DNA from: Bdellovibrionota bacterium
GTDB lineage: Bacteria > Bdellovibrionota_C > UBA2361 > JBGSMV01
Assembly (NCBI GenBank): GCA_044356455.1
Contig: JBIKWF010000023.1
Location: forward strand, 1 to 46,993
DNA length: 46,993 nucleotides
Reading direction: 5' to 3'
Shown here: positions 38,085-45,919 of the stretch, piece after piece
How positions within the stretch are numbered: the first letter of the stretch is position 1
Layout of the letters: each line of letters starts with the position of its first letter
Program-made: the position numbers and the translations under genes
Notes under the pieces: model-generated
What the model was told of the DNA's origin: nothing
Databases searched by the model: none
Seen by the model: the letters and a program-made list of their open reading frames with translations, nothing else

Positions 38085-38999
38085 ATGACAGCTCGAGTGA
38101 ATGAAATTCTGTCTTGGTACCGCACGGATAACTATGGGGTACTCACGAACCTGCATCGCTTGCTCATGACCGGAACGCTTGCAGGTACGGGGAAACTTGT
38201 AATTCTTCCTGTTGACCAAGGATTTGAGCACGGTCCGATTCGAAGTTTCCTTGTGAACCCTCCTTCCCTTGATCCGAATTACCACTTTGAGCTGGCGTTA
38301 GAGTCAGGCTGCAATGCCTATGCGGCTCCTTTTCCGCAGTTGGCCGCGGCGTATCCTGATTTTCTTGGCAGGATTCCGCTCATCGTGAAGATGAATAGCA
38401 ATGATTCTCTCTATTCGAATAAAAATCCCAATCAGGCCATTACCTGCTCAATTAAGGACGCCTTGCAAATTGGCGCCTCGGCGATTGGTTTCACCATCTA
38501 TCCTGGCACTGGCATGCGTAAGGAGATGTTTGAGGAGATTCGGGAGATGGGCGAAGAAGCTCGGTCTGTGGGTCTTCCTGTGGTGATTTGGGCTTATGCG
38601 CGAGGGGAAGCTCTTGGCAAGGATGACGAAACCGCTATCGATACCATTTCATACTCTGCACACTTAGCCTGCCAGCTTGGAGCTCACATTGTGAAAGTTA
38701 AGACGCCTTCTGCGCACATAGCCCAAGAGGCCTCGCGCAAAGTGCTCGATAAGCAAAAGACCAAAATTGATACGGTCGCTGACCGCATCAAACTTGTGGT
38801 TCAAAGCTGCTTTAATGGGAAGAGGATCGTGATCTTCTCTGGTGGTGAAGCCAAGTCTGAGGAAGATGTGCTAACCGAGGTGCGCGGGATTGCGGCCGGT
38901 GGTGGTTTCGGAAGCATCATGGGGCGCAACGCGTTTCAACGACCGAAGGCAGATGGGGTAAAGCTGCTGAAAAACGTCATGGCGGTGTTTCGCGGCTAA
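38085..38999 (+). CDS. fbaB: Class I fructose-bisphosphate aldolase (DhnA/FbaB type)
   Basis: ILPVDQGFEHGP, WAYARG, GAHIVKVK, FSGG, GSIMGRNAFQR. Confidence 0.93.
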   Translation: MTARVNEILSWYRTDNYGVLTNLHRLLMTGTLAGTGKLVILPVDQGFEHGPIRSFLVNPPSLDPNYHFELALESGCNAYAAPFPQLAAAYPDFLGRIPLIVKMNSNDSLYSNKNPNQAITCSIKDALQIGASAIGFTIYPGTGMRKEMFEEIREMGEEARSVGLPVVIWAYARGEALGKDDETAIDTISYSAHLACQLGAHIVKVKTPSAHIAQEASRKVLDKQKTKIDTVADRIKLVVQSCFNGKRIVIFSGGEAKSEEDVLTEVRGIAAGGGFGSIMGRNAFQRPKADGVKLLKNVMAVFRG

Positions 39000-39010
39000 T
39001 CTGAGCCTGG

Positions 39011-39099
39011 ACCACAAAGGACGCTAAGGACGCAAAGAAAGCTCAATTAAGAATAGCAATTTCAACGTATTCCTTTGTGTCCCTTGCGTCCTTTGTGGT
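39011..39099. repeat. Free 9-bp-period palindromic core, no terminal repeats, arms in opposite order
   Basis: accacaaaggacgctaaggacgcaaag ... ctttgtgtcccttgcgtcctttgtggt. Confidence 0.8.
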
Positions 39100-39136
39100 G
39101 AAAACCTTCTGATGCCCTATTAGGATCTTTGGTTCG

Positions 39137-39165
39137 TTGACAAGTCTTGATCAAAGAATTAAACT
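39137..39165 (+). promoter_or_regulatory. Sigma70 promoter of the Fe-S carrier gene
   Basis: TTGACA-17 bp-TAAACT. Confidence 0.6.
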
Positions 39166-39210
39166 TCTAAAATACTGATTTAATTCACTTCTGCTCTTAG
39201 AGGATAAAAA

Positions 39211-39606
39211 ATGGACACATCATCCACTTCAGGTAACACCTCGTCTGAGACCCCTAATGCCCCCTTTGTTGGGTCTGATGAGCAGCCAATTCTTGTAACT
39301 CCAGCCGCTGTTGAAGCAATTCGGAACGCAATAGCGCAAGAGGGTGAGCCAGGCGACGGCCTCCGTGTATCTGTTGTTGGCGGCGGATGCTCGGGGTATC
39401 AGTACAACCTCGATTTTGAGAAAGAAGCTCGCATGGATGACACCACGCTTGAGTTTGGTGACGTTAAGATCTTCATTGATTCAATTAGCTCTGGGTACCT
39501 TAAGGGGACTACCATCGATTTCGTTTCGGGATTGAATGGAACAGGGTTTAAGTTCAATAATCCAAACGCAAAGCGCACCTGCGGTTGCGGTAGTTCCTTT
39601 AGCTAA
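39211..39606 (+). CDS. A-type iron-sulfur cluster carrier (HesB/IscA/ErpA family)
   Basis: GGGCSG, NPNA..TCGCGSSF. Confidence 0.96.
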   Translation: MDTSSTSGNTSSETPNAPFVGSDEQPILVTPAAVEAIRNAIAQEGEPGDGLRVSVVGGGCSGYQYNLDFEKEARMDDTTLEFGDVKIFIDSISSGYLKGTTIDFVSGLNGTGFKFNNPNAKRTCGCGSSFS

Positions 39607-39699
39607 GAAACCCTTCTGGGATTTTGGCCGTCTTGTTTCTGTCGCGGCAGGGGGTTCTACCGGACGCAATTCTGCTTTGCGAGGAGGTTGGAGCTCTGC

Positions 39700-40242
39700 A
39701 TGAAGACGCCATATTCTAGATTTGCTTTTTTCTTTTGCCCTCTTATATCGGCTTTGCTGTTGGTGTCTGGCTGCGGCTCTCGCAGCTCGGGTGCCGACCC
39801 GCGTGCCAGTTTCCGAAGTCCAACCGACCGGCGAGCTCTTTCAGTTGAAATTGAAAGTTCAGAGCAGGAGGCTCTCAAGGCAATCAAGGCCCAGCCATTG
39901 GAGTTTGAGCTTCCTTTTCCTGAGGCAACCTATGCCTGGGAGAGGGCGAGGACCTTTTTCTTGCAGTACACAGGTTCTTTTGCGGTGGAGCCGCTGCCTC
40001 AATCGGGAAAGCCCGATAGCCTTGCTATGCTCGTATCCAATAAGGTCGCGGCGAGCGACGCCTATATCTTTGAAGTGCGCCGGGTTACGGGAAAGAAGGG
40101 CGCAAAATTCTCGATTAATGCTCGCGCGAGGTCTGCCAGTTCTTCGTCCAAAGAAGCCCGCGTTCAAGCCCAAAATCTTGCGCGTTTCATTAAGTCGGGG
40201 ACTTTGGATGCGGGGATAACTCCTCCGGCGCCCAAGCACTAA
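39700..40242 (+). CDS. Hypothetical lipoprotein
   Basis: Lipobox LVSGC after a hydrophobic stretch. Confidence 0.7.
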   Translation: MKTPYSRFAFFFCPLISALLLVSGCGSRSSGADPRASFRSPTDRRALSVEIESSEQEALKAIKAQPLEFELPFPEATYAWERARTFFLQYTGSFAVEPLPQSGKPDSLAMLVSNKVAASDAYIFEVRRVTGKKGAKFSINARARSASSSSKEARVQAQNLARFIKSGTLDAGITPPAPKH

Positions 40243-40309
40243 CTGCCCTCCTACGGCCAGACTCAACTTCTGGACAAAGAGCTGCCACGTGCCAGGGCGA
40301 AAGATCTTG

Positions 40310-40337
40310 CGGCACCGCGGGGACGCGGCGCCCTACC
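40310..40337 (-). repeat. GTAG-tagged REP-like palindrome
   Basis: Minus strand reads GGTAG-GGCGCCGCG-TCCC-CGCGGTGCC-G. Confidence 0.65.
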
Positions 40338-40545
40338 TTACTTCTTGACCTCGATTCTCCTAGAATTTCGTAGCGCCTCCGTCCTTTGTTTGTACCCCTG
40401 CGGCTTCGCAGAGGGGCCTTGTCCACAATTTCATATCAGACACTTAGCGATAATCTTGGCTGCTTAAATATTTTTTTGCGCCCAATCGTAATGGGTTCCA
40501 AAAACTGCCCCGACTCTCTTTGCCATAGGTTCTCAGCCTAGCGCA

Positions 40546-42945
40546 GTGAAGGGATGGGTGGTTATGCAGCAGTATCAGCGGTTGTTCAGCAAGGTTCGCG
40601 TCCGGGAAATATATTCGGGTGCAACTTTAGGCATTTGTTTCGCGGTTATGTCTCTGGTGTGCGCAGGGCTAGCGAGCGCCGCTCCGCGCGAAGTTATTCC
40701 CGGTGAATATCTCATAGAGCCAGCTGCCCTAGGGGCCGGTTCGCTCACCACCTCCGCGGTCTCGGCCTTAAGCAGTGCAGGACTTCGAATTAAAGATTCG
40801 ATTTCAGGCGGGAAACGCCTGCTGGTGTCTCCCCGTGTGTCTGCGCTAAGCGCATCGAGCCTCTATGACGAAGCCGATACGTTCTGCAAAGAGCTCATTC
40901 GGTCAGGAGTCGCTCGTTCATGCGAGCAGAATCAAAAAATTTCAATTAACAATACCACTCCGAACGATCCCCGGCTTTCTGACCTTTGGGGCATGAGTAC
41001 CGCTTCCGGTATCGATGCGCCTCGTGCGTGGGACTACTCTCAAGGTAGTACAGAGGTAGTGGTCAGCGTTATCGATACAGGCATCGACTATTCGCATCCC
41101 GATTTGATTGCAAACGTCTGGACCAATCCTGGTGAAATTGCGGGTAACGGGATCGACGACGATGCCAATGGATACATCGATGACATCCACGGCATGAATG
41201 CACTCACCAATTCAGGTAACCCCATGGATGACAATAGTCATGGGACACACGTCTCGGGAACTATTGGCGGACGCGGCAATAATGGCGTGGGAGTGGTAGG
41301 GGTTAACTGGAATGTGAAGATCATGGGTCTTAAGTTCCTAGGATCTGGTGGTTCCGGAAGCGTTGCGGGGGCGGTAAAGGCGATAGACTACATGGTGCTC
41401 ATGAAGCAGCGAGGCGTGAATATTCGCGTTTCAAACAACTCATGGGGTGGACCAGGATTTTCTCAGGCTTTGAGTGATGCAATTCAGCGTGCTTCAGCTG
41501 CCGGCATTGTGTTTGTAGCAGCTGCGGGGAATGAAGGGAACGATAACGACAGCGCCGCTTCGTACCCAGCTGGATATGAGTCTCCTAACGTCGTTTCAGT
41601 CGCGGCAATAGATCGTCAACAGAATTTGGCCAGCTTTTCAAATTACGGCCTTACGACAGTTGATATCGCAGCTCCTGGTGTTGATATCCTAAGCACCGTG
41701 CCAGGGGGCTACGCTTCTTATTCTGGCACTTCTATGGCAACGCCGCATGTCTCAGGTGCGCTCGCGCTCTTGTTCTCGATTGAGCCTTCGCTTTCCGTTT
41801 CGAGCGCGTTGCAGAGGCTTTATGACACTGGTGTGGCACTTACTACGCTAAATGGAGCGGTAAGGACTGGCCGAACGTTGAACGCAGGCCGACTTATGGC
41901 GAATGATGCGGTTCCTGTTCCGCCGCCGGCTCCAGCCCCTGAGCATTGCCCCTTCGGATTAAATGCGCGTGCTTCAGGTATCGACCGACGCGCAGACGAT
42001 GGCTTTATTGTGATTAACGAAGCAGATGAGTTCAATTTTAATCCAATATCCCTGCCGTTCTCCTTCAGTTTTGATGGGGTAGCGGTAAGCAAAGTAGTGC
42101 CTTCTCCGAATGGCGTCCTCTATTTCGGATCGGCTCCTTCCTCTATGGATTGGCAAAATGGCGGGGCGGCCCCCAACAATTCGCTGGCTGCCTTACATAG
42201 TGACTTTGTTTCTACTGTGAGAGTGAGCCTCTCTTCTGATAGTGCAACCATCTATTGGAAAAGCAGCCTCTATACGAACCCAGATGGGGGCTACGCGGAG
42301 ACTCGCGTCACGCTTTCAAGTGATGGCAGCATTAAAGAGTCGGTACTCTTTTCCTCTCCGGCAATAGAGCAGGCCGTACGTTCGCAAGTCACCATCGGGG
42401 TGACCGGCCGAGCTGGTCAAAGTGTGACGACTTATTCCCACAATGACAAAAAGATAAAGAACGGGACTGTCCTTCTCTACACTCCAACCTGCGGGGCTCC
42501 GAATCCACCTCCCACGGGCGGCGATCCTTTGGTGAGCCAGGTGCGGATGTGGGGGCTCGATGCGGCTGGCAGACTCTTGAGCACACTTACTCCTGGGGAA
42601 CGCCTTCGTATCAAGGTTCGCTCGTTACCTGAGAGCGGTGCCGTTATGGTTCAGGGGACAGTGCGGCTTGATGGCGAGCTCTGCTCTGATGCTCCCGAGG
42701 TAACTCTTAACCCCGGTGCAGACGTGACCTTGCAAGGAAGACTATCGAGATCGATGGGTAGTTACGGAGTGAAGCAATTGTCGATCGCCTTTGGCGATTC
42801 CCAAGCAAAGCGGCAGGTTATACAAAGCAGAAGTTTAAAAACGCGCGGGAAGGCAAAGCGCGTGTTAACCAAAGCGCGCTTCAGCGCACTCTGCGCCTCA
42901 ATTACGCGGACGCTGCGTGTGAAGGAGCAGGCAATGAACCTCTGA
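40546..42945 (+). CDS. Secreted subtilisin-like (S8) serine peptidase with C-terminal extension
   Basis: VIDTG, HGTHVSG, AAGN, GTSMATP; Pro-rich linkers; stop lies in a MITE terminal repeat. Confidence 0.95.
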   Translation: MKGWVVMQQYQRLFSKVRVREIYSGATLGICFAVMSLVCAGLASAAPREVIPGEYLIEPAALGAGSLTTSAVSALSSAGLRIKDSISGGKRLLVSPRVSALSASSLYDEADTFCKELIRSGVARSCEQNQKISINNTTPNDPRLSDLWGMSTASGIDAPRAWDYSQGSTEVVVSVIDTGIDYSHPDLIANVWTNPGEIAGNGIDDDANGYIDDIHGMNALTNSGNPMDDNSHGTHVSGTIGGRGNNGVGVVGVNWNVKIMGLKFLGSGGSGSVAGAVKAIDYMVLMKQRGVNIRVSNNSWGGPGFSQALSDAIQRASAAGIVFVAAAGNEGNDNDSAASYPAGYESPNVVSVAAIDRQQNLASFSNYGLTTVDIAAPGVDILSTVPGGYASYSGTSMATPHVSGALALLFSIEPSLSVSSALQRLYDTGVALTTLNGAVRTGRTLNAGRLMANDAVPVPPPAPAPEHCPFGLNARASGIDRRADDGFIVINEADEFNFNPISLPFSFSFDGVAVSKVVPSPNGVLYFGSAPSSMDWQNGGAAPNNSLAALHSDFVSTVRVSLSSDSATIYWKSSLYTNPDGGYAETRVTLSSDGSIKESVLFSSPAIEQAVRSQVTIGVTGRAGQSVTTYSHNDKKIKNGTVLLYTPTCGAPNPPPTGGDPLVSQVRMWGLDAAGRLLSTLTPGERLRIKVRSLPESGAVMVQGTVRLDGELCSDAPEVTLNPGADVTLQGRLSRSMGSYGVKQLSIAFGDSQAKRQVIQSRSLKTRGKAKRVLTKARFSALCASITRTLRVKEQAMNL

Positions 42946-43073
42946 AAAAGCTAGATCTCAACTTTGTGGTCTTAGTGGTCTTCGTGGTGAAGGCGTGCAT
43001 TCAAGTAGTTGCCATTTTCTATTGCACCACTAAGACCACAAAGACCACGAAGGAGGACTTTTTCAGAGGTTCC
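42935..43073. mobile_element. MITE type 1, delta core
   Basis: tgaacctctgaaaaag...ctttgtggtcttagtggtcttcgtggtg / caccactaagaccacaaagaccacgaag...ctttttcagaggttcc-CTAA. Confidence 0.85.
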
Positions 43074-43137
43074 CTAAATTCCACCTACCCCCAGCTTTAT
43101 CAATCGAGGATAAAGGGCCCAATAAGGGAGATTCTTC

Positions 43138-44385
43138 ATGCGCGCATCATTCGACGTACTCTTGTCACGCTATGCCCAGCTTATTACGCATCATGGGCTT
43201 AATATTCAGCCTGGGCAGCTACTCGTGATATCGGCAGAAGTTGCTCACAGGGAGCTTGCACTTAAGGTTGCTGAGTCGGCATATGCCCGAGGTGCGAAAC
43301 ACGTGACTCTGGACCTCATCGAGCCACGAATGCAGCGCATTCGGGTTGCGCACTCCACCCTTGAGCAGATGAAATACGTTCCTCGCTCCCTTGGGCCTAA
43401 GTACGACGAACTTGTTGAAGAGATGGGGGCCAACCTAAAGATTGTTGGCCCGGAAGATCCTGATGTGCTTAAGGGACTTGACGCCACCAAGCTTAATACG
43501 GGACGGATCGCGAATTATCATGCCGTTAAGCGCCTCTACGAGGAGGGAATTGATAAATCGCGGGTGCATTGGACCGTAGTTGCTGCGGCGACGCAGGGCT
43601 GGGCTAGCCGCATCTTCCCAAAGTTGTCTCCTCAGGAGGCCGAAGCGAAGCTTTGGGAGAACCTGTTTTCGATCTGCCGCGTGGATCGGGAGGACTTTCT
43701 CGACGCATGGAGGGAGCACAATGCGCTGCTTCATGAGCGCGCACGTAAGTTGACCGACCTCCAGATAGAGTCTTTGCATTTTACTGGCCCTGGTACGGAT
43801 CTCCTCGTTGGTTTGTCGCCGCGCGCGCTCTTCAAGGGGGGAAGTGATCTCAGCCCACGCGGCGTAAGTTTTGAGCCCAATTTGCCCACCGAAGAGTGCT
43901 TTACGACCCCCAATTGGCGGAAAACCACGGGAACGGTGACTGCCACACGCCCTTTTTTCATAAATGGAACTCTTATCAAAGGGTTATGGATGCGTTTTGA
44001 GCGCGGAGAGATTGCCGATTTCAAGGCAGAGAGTGGCGAAGCAACCTTTCGCGAATACATTTCGAGCGATGAGGGCGGGCGAAGATTGGGAGAAGTTGCG
44101 CTCGTGGGGATCGATTCTCCCGTGTACCGCAGTGGACTTGTCTTTGAGGAGATTCTTCTGGACGAGAATGCCGCATGTCACATTGCGGTGGGTTCCGCTT
44201 ACAAGTTTTGTGTGAAGGATAGCGCACACTTATCTAAGGAATCTCTTGCGGAGATCGGATGTAACGAAAGTTCGGTGCACACCGACATGATGATCTCCTC
44301 TGAGCAGGTAGATGTCGTCGCGCAGCTGCGTGACGGTTCCTCTACGGTGCTTATTCGCAATGGTTCTTGGGCTACATTTCGCTAG
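43138..44385 (+). CDS. M29-family aminopeptidase (AmpS/PepS/AmpT type)
   Basis: PNLPTEECFTTP, LGEVALV, LLDENAACHIAVG, NESSVHTDMMI. Confidence 0.95.
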   Translation: MRASFDVLLSRYAQLITHHGLNIQPGQLLVISAEVAHRELALKVAESAYARGAKHVTLDLIEPRMQRIRVAHSTLEQMKYVPRSLGPKYDELVEEMGANLKIVGPEDPDVLKGLDATKLNTGRIANYHAVKRLYEEGIDKSRVHWTVVAAATQGWASRIFPKLSPQEAEAKLWENLFSICRVDREDFLDAWREHNALLHERARKLTDLQIESLHFTGPGTDLLVGLSPRALFKGGSDLSPRGVSFEPNLPTEECFTTPNWRKTTGTVTATRPFFINGTLIKGLWMRFERGEIADFKAESGEATFREYISSDEGGRRLGEVALVGIDSPVYRSGLVFEEILLDENAACHIAVGSAYKFCVKDSAHLSKESLAEIGCNESSVHTDMMISSEQVDVVAQLRDGSSTVLIRNGSWATFR

Positions 44386-44940
44386 CGCATGTTGTTCATA
44401 GTGCTGCATTCTCGCATGCGCGGGTGAGTGGTGCGTGCGTCATTGGTGAGCATGATTTTTGCCGCAACGCTTGCGCGCTGACATGCATCTCACCTCTCTG
44501 CAACCTCGAAAGAGTGTCAACTGAAATAATTACTTGCCAACAGAAAAAAGCGGTGGCACTCTGCACATGGGCATACATGATACGCATGTATGCTAAGAAA
44601 GGTTGTTTCGCTTTTTGTCTTGAGATCGAAAGCTGCGCTCCTCTTCGTAGTGAGTGCGGTAAGAAGACAAAAGGTAGCGAAGCAAACTATATTTTCCCAC
44701 TGGTCGTTGTTGTTGAGGGCCGGGGAGAACGGGCTTTTTCCCGCTAGAAATGAGGGTTTTGAGGTTCTTCTCTTTCGAGACGACCAGCCGAAGCCTTCAG
44801 GCATAGTATGAAGAAGCTTGATTGGTATGTTGCGGGGGCATCCCGTCACTGCAGGTGGGTGTCAAGTCACTTTCGTGTTCTTGATGAAGCTTGTACGTGG
44901 TAGATGAGTCCCTCGCTTCTAACTGCAACGGAGATAAAAA

Positions 44941-45039
44941 ATGGCTGCTAAGAAGAAGACTGCAAAGAAGACTGCTACCAAGAAGCGCACCACTGCACGT
45001 AAGACTACGCGCAAAACCGCTAGCAGAAAGAAGAAGTAA
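44941..45039 (+). CDS. 32-aa Lys/Arg/Thr/Ala-rich basic protein (histone-H1/protamine-like composition), absent from the ORF track
   Basis: GGAG 7 nt before ATG; MAAKKKTAKKTATKKRTTARKTTRKTASRKKK-TAA. Confidence 0.8.
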   Translation: MAAKKKTAKKTATKKRTTARKTTRKTASRKKK

Positions 45040-45179
45040 CTTTTGATACTTCTTCGGGGAGGCCTCACTCGGCAGTCTTATTGATAGTCGAGCAGTCTTC
45101 CTGATAGTTATCTTCTTTTAGGTTGTTCAAGGGCGTCGGATCGCAAGATCAAACCCTAGACAGTCTAATAAGAAGAGTG

Positions 45180-45211
45180 ACGGGCTCCTCTGGTTTACCA
45201 GCGGGGCCCGT
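45180..45211 (+). terminator. GC-rich hairpin, possible terminator downstream of the small basic ORF
   Basis: acgggctcctctgg-ttta-ccagcggggcccgt; U-tract weak. Confidence 0.35.
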
Positions 45212-45339
45212 TGCCATTTCGGGAGAGTTTTGGATTTGCGCTAACGGCGTTTGAGCCGATGGGCGTAGTTGGCCTAGGATTGGGCTAGTTTTTGTTTCGA
45301 GAGTCGAGCGCTTTCGGCGCCGCCTTGGGTGAAAATGGT

Positions 45340-45810
45340 ATGCAACAATTTGAACCTCGCTGTGTATGGGGGACGTCTCTGCCGGATTGTTTCTCCGCGG
45401 AGTGTTTGCCTGATGCATTACGTTCGGCGGAAAGAGGGGATTTGCGCTGGCTTCCAGAAGGTCAGGCATATGAGCTCAGCGGTGGTAGCTCCGTGACGGT
45501 GTATCGATGGCCAGGTTTCGAGGTTTATGGCGCCTTAGTTGAGCTAAGCGGCGGGTATCCGGCAGCTGGCTACTTAGCGAGAAATGTTGGCCGGAATGAG
45601 CGAATTACGCTCATTGAGGGCACGGCTGAATTTTTAATTGATGGCGTTCTCATTTCCTTGCGGCCTAGGGATCAAGTGCTAGCGCGTGAGGGCGCCCGCT
45701 ATTCTCTCCGTGGTCAGGGGCGCCTCGTAGTGGCAGTGCGAGATATCGTCGGTGCCTCTACTGCTATTGAGGCGGGCCCTACTGAGGCGGGCCCTACTGA
45801 GGCGGGGTAG
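45340..45810 (+). CDS. Hypothetical cupin-like protein
   Basis: ERITLIEGTAEFLIDG...LRPRDQVL...GARYSLRG pattern; 15-bp tandem repeat (EAGPT) at the 3' end. Confidence 0.55.
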   Translation: MQQFEPRCVWGTSLPDCFSAECLPDALRSAERGDLRWLPEGQAYELSGGSSVTVYRWPGFEVYGALVELSGGYPAAGYLARNVGRNERITLIEGTAEFLIDGVLISLRPRDQVLAREGARYSLRGQGRLVVAVRDIVGASTAIEAGPTEAGPTEAG

Positions 45811-45919
45811 CGTACTTCGCGCGATTTGGTTTTAGGGCTGCGCTTGAAGTTCTGTAAGCTCCCATCTGTAGTGCAAAGCCGCCTACTTTAAGCCTCCCTC
45901 TGCTTGTAAGCCCTCGTCC

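Noticed and set aside
3014..43073. Repeats as a CRISPR array
   Set aside because: Copies are dispersed, longer than 100 bp, in both orientations, with no repeat-spacer periodicity and no cas genes.
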